Of a DNA stretch of 64,000 nucleotides, positions 9,680 to 18,088 are shown piece after piece. The stretch comes from Vicinamibacteria bacterium (GTDB lineage Bacteria > Acidobacteriota > Vicinamibacteria > Marinacidobacterales > Marinacidobacteraceae). Every line of letters starts with the position of its first letter. Within the stretch, counting starts at the first letter, position 1. Below the pieces are notes generated by a model. The model was not told the origin of the DNA. It did no database searches and worked only from the letters and a program-made list of their open reading frames with translations. Position numbers and translations under genes: made by a program. The stretch covers positions 32,001 through 96,000 of the forward strand of contig CBDATA010000001.1 of assembly GCA_965199715.1 (NCBI GenBank), read 5' to 3'.

Positions 9680-10564
9680 ATGCGCGGCGTCTATTCGGTC
9701 CTTCCCACCCCCTTCTCACCCGACGGGTCGTTCGACGAGGCTAGCCTGGGGCGCGTCATCCGGCTCTTCCTCGACGACGGCGTCTCCGGGTTCACCGCGC
9801 TCGGCGTGACGAGCGAGGTCGCCCGAATCTCCGACGACGAGCGGGCGCGCATCCTCGACGCCAGCATGCGGGCCGTGGACGGCGCGGTTCCGGTGATCGT
9901 CGGCGCGACCGGGCCGGGACTGGACGTCTCGAGGGAGCGCTGCCGGCAGGCGGAGCGAGCCGGGGCCGCCGGAGTCATGGTCTCGCCCCCGCGCGCGCCT
10001 CGGTGCAACTCGGCGGGCGTGCTGCGCCACTTCCGGGAGCTGGCCGAGGCCATCGACATCCCGATCGTGATCCAGGACTTCCCGCCGATCTCCGGGTTCC
10101 ACATGGAGGCCGAGCTCCTCGCGCGGATCTGCCGCGAGGTTCCGTCGGCGCGGATCATCAAGCTGGAGGACGCGCCGACTCCCTACAAGGCGGCGCGCAT
10201 CCGGGAGCTGACGCCGGACCTGAAGATCGGGATCTTCGGCGGGCTCGGCGGGGCGTATCTGCTGGAGGAGCTCATTTCCGGCGCCACCGGGGCCATGACC
10301 GGCTTCGCCTACCCCCGGTTCCTCGTCGAGATCGTGAACCAGTGGGACGCCGGGGACCGGGACGGCGCCGCCGTGACGTTCTACAGGTACGCGGCGCTCA
10401 TGCGGTTCGAGTTCCAAGAGGGCGTCGGGATGCCGATCCGCAAGGAAATGCTCCGCCGCCGGGGCGCGATCGCCCATCCCGGCGCCCGGGTTCCGGCGCC
10501 GACGCTGGACGCGCCGACGGTCGAGGCGCTCGACCGCATCCTGGCGCATTTCGGGCTGGACTGA
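9680..10564 (+). CDS. DapA/N-acetylneuraminate lyase-family enzyme, atypical (IQD, KLE) subfamily
   Basis: GVYSVLPTPF, LGVTSE, PIVIQDFP, IKLED, GGLGG; ATG at 9680. Confidence 0.85.
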   Translation: MRGVYSVLPTPFSPDGSFDEASLGRVIRLFLDDGVSGFTALGVTSEVARISDDERARILDASMRAVDGAVPVIVGATGPGLDVSRERCRQAERAGAAGVMVSPPRAPRCNSAGVLRHFRELAEAIDIPIVIQDFPPISGFHMEAELLARICREVPSARIIKLEDAPTPYKAARIRELTPDLKIGIFGGLGGAYLLEELISGATGAMTGFAYPRFLVEIVNQWDAGDRDGAAVTFYRYAALMRFEFQEGVGMPIRKEMLRRRGAIAHPGARVPAPTLDAPTVEALDRILAHFGLD

Positions 10565-10583
10565 TTCCTGGACGGAGCCTGGG

Positions 10584-11486
10584 ATGGCGCTCCTGAACCG
10601 GCTGGTCGTCAACGTCCTGCCGATCCTGCCGAGGGCGGCGGTCGCGCCCTTCGCCCGGCCGTACGTCGCCGGCGAGTCGGTCGCGGACGTGGTGCGCGTG
10701 ACGAAGGAACTGAACGATCAGGGGCTCCATGTCGCCCTCAGCCAGCTCGGCGAATTCGTGACCCGGCGCGAGGAGTCCGAGAGCGCGGTCCGCATCTACC
10801 TCGACCTTCTGGACGAGCTGGAGCGGCAGGGGCTCAAGGCGTACGTGCACGTGAAGCCGACGCACCTCGGGCTGGAGCTGGACTACGGCTTCTGCCGGGA
10901 GCAGGTGCGGGCGGTGCTGGACCGCGCCCGGGAGCGGGGCGGGCGGTTCATCCGCATGGACATGGAGGACAGCCCCCGGATCCAGCCGACGCTCGACCTG
11001 TACCGGGATCTGCGGCGCGAGTTCGAGAACTTCGGTGTGGTGCTGCAAGCGCGGATGCGGCGGAGCCTCGCCGACGCCCGCGACCTCGCCGCGCTGGGCG
11101 CCAACGTGCGCGTGTGCAAGGGCGTCTATCTGGAACCGCCGGACCTCGCGCACCAGGACCCGGACACGATCCGCGAGAACTACCTCTCGATCCTGCGGGA
11201 ACTGCTCGCGGCCGGTTGCGAGGTCGGAATCGCCACCCACGACGAGTGGCTGGTGCTGCGGGCGGAGCGCATCCTCGAGGAACTGGGGACCCCGCCGAAG
11301 CGCTACGAGTTCCAGATGCTCCACGGCGTGCGTCCCGGGTTCCGCAAGGTGGTGCGCGAGGCCGGGCACCGGATCCGGGTCGGAGTCCCCTTCGGACCCG
11401 ACTGGCTGCCCTACTCGCTGCGGCGACTGCGCAAGAACCCGGACATCGCCGGCCACGTGATGCGCGCCGTCTTCTCGCGCGGCTGA
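10584..11486 (+). CDS. Monofunctional proline dehydrogenase
   Basis: YVAGE, VKPTHLG, RMDMED, VRVCKGVY, IATHD, EFQMLHG, PYSLRRL. Confidence 0.9.
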   Translation: MALLNRLVVNVLPILPRAAVAPFARPYVAGESVADVVRVTKELNDQGLHVALSQLGEFVTRREESESAVRIYLDLLDELERQGLKAYVHVKPTHLGLELDYGFCREQVRAVLDRARERGGRFIRMDMEDSPRIQPTLDLYRDLRREFENFGVVLQARMRRSLADARDLAALGANVRVCKGVYLEPPDLAHQDPDTIRENYLSILRELLAAGCEVGIATHDEWLVLRAERILEELGTPPKRYEFQMLHGVRPGFRKVVREAGHRIRVGVPFGPDWLPYSLRRLRKNPDIAGHVMRAVFSRG

Positions 11487-11519
11487 GCGTCCCGGCCGGA
11501 CGGATAGACTGGCCGGCCC

Positions 11520-12500
11520 ATGGTGCTCATCCTTTCGGAACGGGACGTCGCCGAGGTTCTCTCGATGGGAGACGCGGTCCGGCTGCTCGAGGAATCCTTT
11601 CGGCAACACGCGCAGGGGCGGACCTCGCTCGCGCCACGGCTGGTCATGCCGCTCGAGGGCGACGCGGGCAACTTCCGCATCATGGCGGCGGTGCTCCCCG
11701 ACCGGAACGCCTTCGGGCTGAAAACGCTCACCGGCACTCCCGGCAAGCGCGCCCCCGAGGACACCTGGTTCGCGTTGCTCCATTTCGACTGGACGACGGG
11801 CGCACTGCGCGCGGTGATCCCCGGCGGGACCATCACCGGCACCCGTACCGGCGCGGCGAGCGGGGTCGCGACCCGACACCTGGCGCGGGAGGACGCCTCG
11901 ACGCTCGGGCTCATCGGGGCCGGCTTCCAGGGCCGGAACCAGGTGGCGGCGGTGCGCGAGGTCCGCGACATCCGCCGGATCCGGATCCATGACGCGGTTC
12001 CCGCCGCGGCGGCCGCATACGCCGAGGAACTGCGGGCGGACGGGGTCGAGGCCGAAGTCGTGGACACGGCCGAGGAAGCGGTCCGGGGCAGCGACGTCGC
12101 GTGCGCCGCGACCACGACGAAGAAGCCGGTGATCGAGGCGGATTGGCTCGAGCCCGGCATGCACGTGAACTCGGTCGGCGCCAACGCGCCGGTGAAGCGC
12201 GAGGTCGCGGGAGCGGTCTTCGCCCGCTGCCGGGTCGTGCCCGACTTCCAGGCGCAGGTGCTCGAGGAGGCCGGCGACCTCATCGCCGCGGTGCGCGACG
12301 GCGACTTCGCGGTCTCCGACATCCACGCCGAACTCGGAGACGTGGTCGCGGGCAAGGCGCCCGGCCGGGAAGGCGACGAGATCACGCTCTTCAAGTCGGT
12401 GGGCGTGGCCATCGAGGACGTGGCGTGCGCGGCGCACGTCTACGAGCAGGCGCTCGCCCGGGGCCTCGGCCAGCGGGCGGACCTCAAGGGCGGCGCGTGA
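11520..12500 (+). CDS. Second ornithine cyclodeaminase/mu-crystallin family protein
   Basis: ITGTRTGAASG, IGAGFQG, HVNSVGA, FKSVGVAIED. Confidence 0.9.
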   Translation: MVLILSERDVAEVLSMGDAVRLLEESFRQHAQGRTSLAPRLVMPLEGDAGNFRIMAAVLPDRNAFGLKTLTGTPGKRAPEDTWFALLHFDWTTGALRAVIPGGTITGTRTGAASGVATRHLAREDASTLGLIGAGFQGRNQVAAVREVRDIRRIRIHDAVPAAAAAYAEELRADGVEAEVVDTAEEAVRGSDVACAATTTKKPVIEADWLEPGMHVNSVGANAPVKREVAGAVFARCRVVPDFQAQVLEEAGDLIAAVRDGDFAVSDIHAELGDVVAGKAPGREGDEITLFKSVGVAIEDVACAAHVYEQALARGLGQRADLKGGA

Positions 12501-13969
12501 TGTCCGGCTCCCCGGCGCGCTTCAGCTCGACGTGGGCGGTGCTGCTCGCCACCATCGGCATGGCGGTGGGGACCGGGAACATCTGGCGTTTCCCCCGCAT
12601 CGCGGCGCAAAACGGCGGCGGCGAGTTCCTGATCCCGTGGCTGATCTTCCTCGTGCTGTGGGCGATCCCGCTGCTGCTCGCCGAGTTCGCGCTGGGGAAG
12701 CGATCCCGCCGCAGCCCGTCCGCCGCGATCGGCCTCGCCGCGGGCGGCGGGCGGAATTGGATGGGCCTGTTCGTGGGGTTGGTGACCGTCCTGATCACCT
12801 TCTATTACTCGGTGGTCGTGGGCTGGTGCCTGAAGTACCTCGTGGCGTCGGCCAGCGGGCAGCTCCGGGGCGCCGACATGGAAGCCGTCTGGGACGGATT
12901 CCGCCTCGGGGGCGTGGAGCCGCTGCTCTACCACGGGGTCGCCGTGGCGGTCACGTCGCTCATCATCTACCGCGGGGTCTCGGGCGGCATCGAGAAGGTG
13001 AACCGATTCCTGATCCCGACGCTGTTCGTCCTGCTCGTCGGGGCGGCGATCCGGGCGCTCACCCTCCCCGGCGCCGCCGAGGGGCTCCGGTTCCTCTTCG
13101 TGCCGGATCTCGCCAACCTCGCCGACTACCGGATCTGGCTGGCCGCGCTGACGCAGACCGCGTGGAGCACGGGCGCCGGGTGGGGTCTGGTGATCGTGCT
13201 CGGGAGTTACGTCCGCAGCGATCAGGGCTTCGTACGCACCGGGATCCTCTCCGCGCTCTCGAACAACGTGGCCTCGCTGCTCGCCGGGGTCGCGGTCATC
13301 GGCTCGGTGTACGCGCTGAGCGCGTCGGACGAGGCCCGCGCGGCGGCCTTCGGCGCCGGCAACGAGGGGCTGACCTTCCTGTGGTTGCCGCGGCTGTTCG
13401 AGGCCATGCCCGGCGGCGGGATCATGCTCCCGCTGTTCTTCCTCGCGCTCTCCTGCGCCGCCATCTCGTCGTTCGTGACGCAGCTCGAACTCGTGAACCG
13501 GATGGTCATGGACCTCGGCGTCCCGCGGAAGCGCTCGGTGCCGGCGGTGGCGGTCATCACCTTCGCCTGCGGGATCCCGTCGGCGATCGCCGTTGGGTTC
13601 TTCAACAACCAGGACTGGACCTGGGGGGCCGGGCTGATGGTGTCCGGGCTGTTCGTCGCGCTCACCGTGGTCCGCGCCGGCGCCCCGAAGTTCCGCCGGG
13701 AGTACCTGAGCGGGCCGCACGAGGAATGGCGGGTCGGCCGGTGGTTCGACGTCCTCATCACGTGGGTCGTGCCGCTCGAGTTCATCGCGCTCATCACCTG
13801 GTGGGTCATCGAGGCCGTGCGGGGATCGGGGGGAGACTGGATGGATCCGTTCGGGCTCACCGTGGGCACGGTGGCGGTCCAGGTGGGTCTCCTCGTGGGG
13901 CTTTGCCTGCTCGTGAACCGGCCGGTCTGGAACCGCGTGCGCACGGCCTCGTCCGAAGCCGACGACTGA
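12500..13969 (+). CDS. Sodium-dependent transporter, NSS/SNF (LeuT-like) family
   Basis: ATG at 12500; GMAVGTGNIWRFP, NGGGEFL, FYYSVV, GIEKVN. Confidence 0.92.
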   Translation: MSGSPARFSSTWAVLLATIGMAVGTGNIWRFPRIAAQNGGGEFLIPWLIFLVLWAIPLLLAEFALGKRSRRSPSAAIGLAAGGGRNWMGLFVGLVTVLITFYYSVVVGWCLKYLVASASGQLRGADMEAVWDGFRLGGVEPLLYHGVAVAVTSLIIYRGVSGGIEKVNRFLIPTLFVLLVGAAIRALTLPGAAEGLRFLFVPDLANLADYRIWLAALTQTAWSTGAGWGLVIVLGSYVRSDQGFVRTGILSALSNNVASLLAGVAVIGSVYALSASDEARAAAFGAGNEGLTFLWLPRLFEAMPGGGIMLPLFFLALSCAAISSFVTQLELVNRMVMDLGVPRKRSVPAVAVITFACGIPSAIAVGFFNNQDWTWGAGLMVSGLFVALTVVRAGAPKFRREYLSGPHEEWRVGRWFDVLITWVVPLEFIALITWWVIEAVRGSGGDWMDPFGLTVGTVAVQVGLLVGLCLLVNRPVWNRVRTASSEADD

Positions 13970-13973
13970 GCCT

Positions 13974-15245
13974 TTGCGGCTCGCCGAACCGGACCGGGCG
14001 GCGCTCGCCGGCGATCGCGGCGAGGCCGCCCGGCTCGCGATGCGGATCCTCGTGCGGATGGCCGAGGTGCGCGGCGCGAAGGCCATGCTGGACATCGAGG
14101 GCGCCCACATCGACAGCACGATCTACGTCGGGGACGCCGGGCTCGAGTTCGCCGAGCGGCTCGCCGGCCTCGGCGCCCGGGTGGCGGTGCCCTCGACGCT
14201 GAACGTGAGCGGCCTCGACGAGCACCACTACGGCGACTGGCCCGTTCCCGAGGACTGGGCGGACCGCTCGGCGCGGCAGATGCGGGCCTACGCGTCGATG
14301 GGGACGATCCCGACCTGGACCTGCGCCCCCTACCAGACCGGCCCCCTGCCCCGGTTCGGACAGCAGGTCGCCTGGGGCGAATCCAACGCGGTCTGCTTCG
14401 CCAACTCGGTGATCGGCGCCCGCACCGAGCGCTACCCCGACTTGCTGGACATTTGCGCCGCGATCACGGCCCGGGCGCCCGCCGTCGGCCTGCACCTCGA
14501 GGAGAACCGGCGCGCCACGCGGGTGCTGGAGCTTTCCGGCGCGCCCGAATCGCTCGCCCGGACGGACGACTTCTGGCCGGTGCTCGGCCACGTCCTCGGC
14601 GGATTCGCGGAGGAGGCCGTCGTCGCGCTCGACGGGCTGCCGGCGGCGCCCGACGAGGACCAGTTGAAGGCGCTCGGCGCGGCGGCCGCCTCGTCGGGGG
14701 CGGTGGCGCTGTTCCACATTCCGGGCGTGACCCCCGAGGCCCCGACGCTCGGGGACGCGCTCGGCGGGCGCTCGCCCGACGTCGTCCGGAGGGTCGGCCG
14801 CGAAGCGCTCGTCGAGGCCCGGCGCGAGCTCGGGGGCGACGACGACGGCCCGCTGGACATGGTCGTGCTCGGCAGTCCGCACTTCTCGCTCGCGGAGTTC
14901 CGGAAGCTGGCCGCCGAGATCGACGCCCGGGGCGGCGAGCGGAGCCCCGGATGCGAGTTTCTCGTGACCACGAGCCGCATCGTCCGGGACTTGGCCGAGC
15001 GCGCCGGGTTCCTCGAGCCGCTGCGCCGTTTCGGCGGGAAGCTCACCGTCGATACCTGCATCCTCGCCACGCCGATGCTCGCGAGCTCGGTGCGCCGGAT
15101 CATGACCAACTCCGCGAAGTACGCCTGGTACGCGCCGGGGCTGCTCAGCACGGGCGTGGCCTTCGGCGGCCTCGGCGAGTGCGTGGAGTCGGCGAAGCGG
15201 GGCCGCGTCGTGCGCGAGCCCGGGCCGTGGAACGGACCGGAATGA
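13974..15245 (+). CDS. Aconitase X catalytic (large) subunit, DUF521
   Basis: AHIDS, STLN, WTCAPY, WGESNAV, GARTERY, LGSPH, DTC, TNSAKYAWY. Confidence 0.9.
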   Translation: MRLAEPDRAALAGDRGEAARLAMRILVRMAEVRGAKAMLDIEGAHIDSTIYVGDAGLEFAERLAGLGARVAVPSTLNVSGLDEHHYGDWPVPEDWADRSARQMRAYASMGTIPTWTCAPYQTGPLPRFGQQVAWGESNAVCFANSVIGARTERYPDLLDICAAITARAPAVGLHLEENRRATRVLELSGAPESLARTDDFWPVLGHVLGGFAEEAVVALDGLPAAPDEDQLKALGAAAASSGAVALFHIPGVTPEAPTLGDALGGRSPDVVRRVGREALVEARRELGGDDDGPLDMVVLGSPHFSLAEFRKLAAEIDARGGERSPGCEFLVTTSRIVRDLAERAGFLEPLRRFGGKLTVDTCILATPMLASSVRRIMTNSAKYAWYAPGLLSTGVAFGGLGECVESAKRGRVVREPGPWNGPE

Positions 15246-15670
15246 AGCGCGTCAGGCGCAGCGTCAGGGGCAAGGCGGTGGTCGCCGGCCGAGCGAAGGG
15301 AGCGGTGCTCCACGCTACCGAGCCGCTCAGCTTCTGGGGCGGGTACGACGCCGCGACTGGGCGGATCACCGACACGCGCCATCCGCTCGCCGGGCGTTCC
15401 GCCGCCGGGGCGGTGCTCGCGATTCCGGCGACGCGGGGCTCCTCCACCACGACCGCCGTGCTGCTCGAAGCCATCCGCCGGGAGACCGCGCCGGCGGCGC
15501 TCGTCACCCGCGAGGTCGATTCCTTCCTCGCGCTCGCCTGCATCGTCGGCGAGGAGCTCTACGGATGCTCTCCGGCGGTGGTCGCCGCCGGAGCGGCGTT
15601 CGACGCGCTCGCCAACTGGGGCGAAGCGGTTGTCGAGGACGGCGCGATCGAACGCGCCGACCGTCCATGA
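15242..15670 (+). CDS. Aconitase X swivel (small) subunit, DUF126
   Basis: ATGA overlap at 15242; PLSFWGGYD, HPLAG, RGSSTT. Confidence 0.88.
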   Translation: MKRVRRSVRGKAVVAGRAKGAVLHATEPLSFWGGYDAATGRITDTRHPLAGRSAAGAVLAIPATRGSSTTTAVLLEAIRRETAPAALVTREVDSFLALACIVGEELYGCSPAVVAAGAAFDALANWGEAVVEDGAIERADRP

Positions 15671-15675
15671 CCCGA

Positions 15676-16263
15676 TCACGCCGGGGTCCACGCGCCGGCG
15701 CGGCGGCGTTCGAGCCGGATGCGGCCGGTGACCCCGAAGATCACGACCGCATAAGCTGCGCCGGCGCCGCTGACGACGATGCGCCCCGAGCCGGACGTGC
15801 CGAACGGCGTGAAGGAAACCATGTCGGCGAACCCGATCTGGCGGCCCGGAGCGGCTTCGCCGCCCTCGTCGTCGGCGGGAGCCCCGAGGCGGACTCCCGG
15901 GTAGCGGTCGCTGAACCGCCATGGCGGGACCAGCGCTCGCTCGACCCCGGCCTCGATCTCGCGGCGGGAGACGCCGTTCGCGTTCGCGTCCAGATAGACG
16001 CCGATCCACGGGCTCTCCGGATCTTCCGGTCCGGGTTGTCCGGGCGGGTCGAACACCACGGCGACGTTCGCGGCGCGGGAGCCGGCCTCGGCGCGCGCCT
16101 TCTGGAACAGCGTGCGGAGCCCGAGCGCGGCGGCGTGGACCCGCTGCGCCCGGAGCCCGTCGAGGATCGGCGGCAGGGAGATTCCGGCTAGCGTTCCGAG
16201 CACCGCGAGCGCGACCAGCAGTTCCGTGAGCGTGAACCCGCTGGACCGGCCCGGCCCGGTCAC
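15676..16263 (-). CDS. Prepilin-type minor (pseudo)pilin, FimT/GspH-like
   Basis: GTG 16263 overlaps comEA stop; class III cleavage site G|FTLTELLVALAVLG; C-terminal FTPFG...GRI. Confidence 0.8.
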   Translation of the reverse strand: MTGPGRSSGFTLTELLVALAVLGTLAGISLPPILDGLRAQRVHAAALGLRTLFQKARAEAGSRAANVAVVFDPPGQPGPEDPESPWIGVYLDANANGVSRREIEAGVERALVPPWRFSDRYPGVRLGAPADDEGGEAAPGRQIGFADMVSFTPFGTSGSGRIVVSGAGAAYAVVIFGVTGRIRLERRRAGAWTPA

Positions 16264-16559
16264 CAGCCGTCGTCGCCGGCGGAGTCCCCCACCTTGACGT
16301 GGGGCCGGATGCGCTCGAACGTCCGCTCGCCGATCCCCTGCACGTTCATGAGCTCCTCGATGCGTGAGAACGGACCGTTCTCCTCGCGCCACTCGACGAT
16401 CCGCAAGGCCGTCACCTTGCCGACCCGCGGAAGCTCGACGAGCTCCTCGGCGGTGGCGGTGTTGATGTCGATGGGCTGCGCCGGTTGGAACGCGGAGGCC
16501 CCAGCGGCGAGCGAAAGGGCGAGGACGACTGCGCCCGCCAGCATGAAGATCCGATGCAT
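16260..16559 (-). CDS. comEA: ComEA-family helix-hairpin-helix DNA-binding protein
   Basis: RBS GAGGAGGAG before ATG 16559; signal peptide; IDINTATAEEL.ELPRVG...GPF..IEELMNVQGIG. Confidence 0.9.
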   Translation of the reverse strand: MHRIFMLAGAVVLALSLAAGASAFQPAQPIDINTATAEELVELPRVGKVTALRIVEWREENGPFSRIEELMNVQGIGERTFERIRPHVKVGDSAGDDGW

Positions 16560-16617
16560 GAACTCCTCCTCGGGAATCTCGGAATGGGATGCGCCGGAAT
16601 GTCCGGCCATGCTGGAT

Positions 16618-16635
16618 GCGCAACCGGCGGACCAG
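16618..16635 (-). promoter_or_regulatory. Putative sigma54 (-24/-12) promoter for comEA
   Basis: Minus strand CTGGTCCGCCGGTTGCGC has GG-N10-GC with TGG and TTGC cores. Confidence 0.6.
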
Positions 16636-16651
16636 TCGCGGTCGATTCCTT

Positions 16652-16664
16652 CAAATCATTGACA
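16652..16664 (-). promoter_or_regulatory. Putative IHF binding site
   Basis: TGTCAATGATTTG, one mismatch to WATCAANNNNTTR, AT-rich patch between promoter and palindromes. Confidence 0.5.
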
Positions 16665-16709
16665 CGGAGTGTCTTGCGGACATCTCGCGCCGCCCTCGGC
16701 GGAGGCCGG

Positions 16710-16770
16710 CATCAACCGATGTTGACGGCTTGCGTCAAGCGCAGTGGACGACCGTCCACGCCGGTTGACG
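16710..16770. repeat. Three tandem imperfect 18-bp palindromes CGTCAAC-N4-GTTGACG (putative enhancer/UAS)
   Basis: CATCAAC-CGAT-GTTGACG (16710-16727), CGTCAAG-CGCA-GTGGACG (16733-16750), CGTCCAC-GCCG-GTTGACG (16753-16770). Confidence 0.75.
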
Positions 16771-16776
16771 AAGCGG

Positions 16777-18075
16777 CTATTCGGCATCGACGGCGGCGGC
16801 GCGCCCGGTGCTTGGGGGCGACCCGGCGCGCAGCGACGCCCACAGCGCGTCCCGGCGGGCCTCGAAGTCGGCGCGATGCTCCTCGGCGATCGGCGGCCCC
16901 TCGGGCAGGATGTTCGCCCTGGGGTTGATGGGACGGCCGTCCTTGTAGAGCCGGTAGTCCACGTGGGGACCGGTGGAGGTGCCGGTGGAGCCGACATACC
17001 CGATCACGTCCCGCTGCCGGACCTTGCGCCCGGGCCGGATTTCGCGGGGGATGCGCGAGAGGTGCAGGTACTTGGTCTGGTATCCGCCCGGATGGCGGAT
17101 CGTCACCATGTTGCCGTTCGGCCCGCGCATTCCGGCGTCGGTGACCGTGCCGTTCGCGGTCGCCACGACCGGGCGTCCGTGCGGAGCGGCGTAATCGACT
17201 CCGTAGTGCGGGCGATACACCCGGTGCACCGGGTGGAGCCGCCGGCTCGTGAACCCGCTGGAAATGCGCGTGTAGCGCACCGGACTCGCGAGGAAGGGCC
17301 GCTGGAGCACCCGGCCGTTCTCGTCGTAGTACCCCGAGGAGCCGTCGGGGAATTCGTAGCGGAAGGCCAGAATCTCCTCGCCGTCGTTCAGGAAGCGCAC
17401 GGCGTGGGTGTCTCCGTATCCGATGGTTCCGCCGTCCGCTCGGAGCTTGTCCACGAGCACGGTCCACGTGTCGCCGCGCCGGGTGTCCCGTCGGAGATCC
17501 AGTTGGTACTCCAGCACGGTGCCGATGAGCACGGCGAGGTCGGGACGCTCGCCCGCGTCGATCATGCTCTCGTAGAGGCTCGTGCTCACGGTCCCGGCGA
17601 CCAGCTCCCGATGCATGACCGGCTTCGCCTGCGACTCGCTCGCCTCCCAGGCGCCGTCGGCCGTGCGCATCACGCTCACGACCCGCCAGTCCCCCATCTC
17701 GAGGTCCACGCGCGTCGGCTGCCCCTCGGGGTCGCGATGCACCCAAAGCGTCTGGCCGGTGCGCAGCCGGCGCAGGTCCAGCACCGACGCCAAGGCCTCG
17801 TTCGCCGCCGCGCGGTCCGCCGCCGAGAAGCCGTTGCGGTGGAGGACGCCCGCGAGCGCGTCGCCGCGGCCCAGCCGGTCGGGGACCGAATCGATGCCTG
17901 GCTCCGGCCCGGGCGGGAGCGCGGCCGCCGCCGGTTCGGGCGGACTCTGGACCTCGGGAAGCGGGAACCGCCAAGCCTGGACAGCGAAGAGGAACAGCGC
18001 GGCGTAGCCGAACAGCCCCGCGGCGAGCGCCGCGGACGCGCCGACGCCGCCCTGATCGCGGGGAATCGGATTCAT
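16777..18075 (-). CDS. M23 peptidoglycan DD-endopeptidase (MepM-like)
   Basis: HYGVD (HxxxD), YLHLS, GSTGTSTGPHVD (HxD) motifs; N-terminal TM anchor. Confidence 0.9.
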   Translation of the reverse strand: MNPIPRDQGGVGASAALAAGLFGYAALFLFAVQAWRFPLPEVQSPPEPAAAALPPGPEPGIDSVPDRLGRGDALAGVLHRNGFSAADRAAANEALASVLDLRRLRTGQTLWVHRDPEGQPTRVDLEMGDWRVVSVMRTADGAWEASESQAKPVMHRELVAGTVSTSLYESMIDAGERPDLAVLIGTVLEYQLDLRRDTRRGDTWTVLVDKLRADGGTIGYGDTHAVRFLNDGEEILAFRYEFPDGSSGYYDENGRVLQRPFLASPVRYTRISSGFTSRRLHPVHRVYRPHYGVDYAAPHGRPVVATANGTVTDAGMRGPNGNMVTIRHPGGYQTKYLHLSRIPREIRPGRKVRQRDVIGYVGSTGTSTGPHVDYRLYKDGRPINPRANILPEGPPIAEEHRADFEARRDALWASLRAGSPPSTGRAAAVDAE

Positions 18076-18088
18076 GACGGCGAGGATG

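Noticed and set aside
16710-16770. Mini-CRISPR or terminator reading of the palindromes
   Set aside because: Repeats are 18 bp with 2-5 bp gaps, no spacers or cas genes, no U-tract; fits protein-binding sites better
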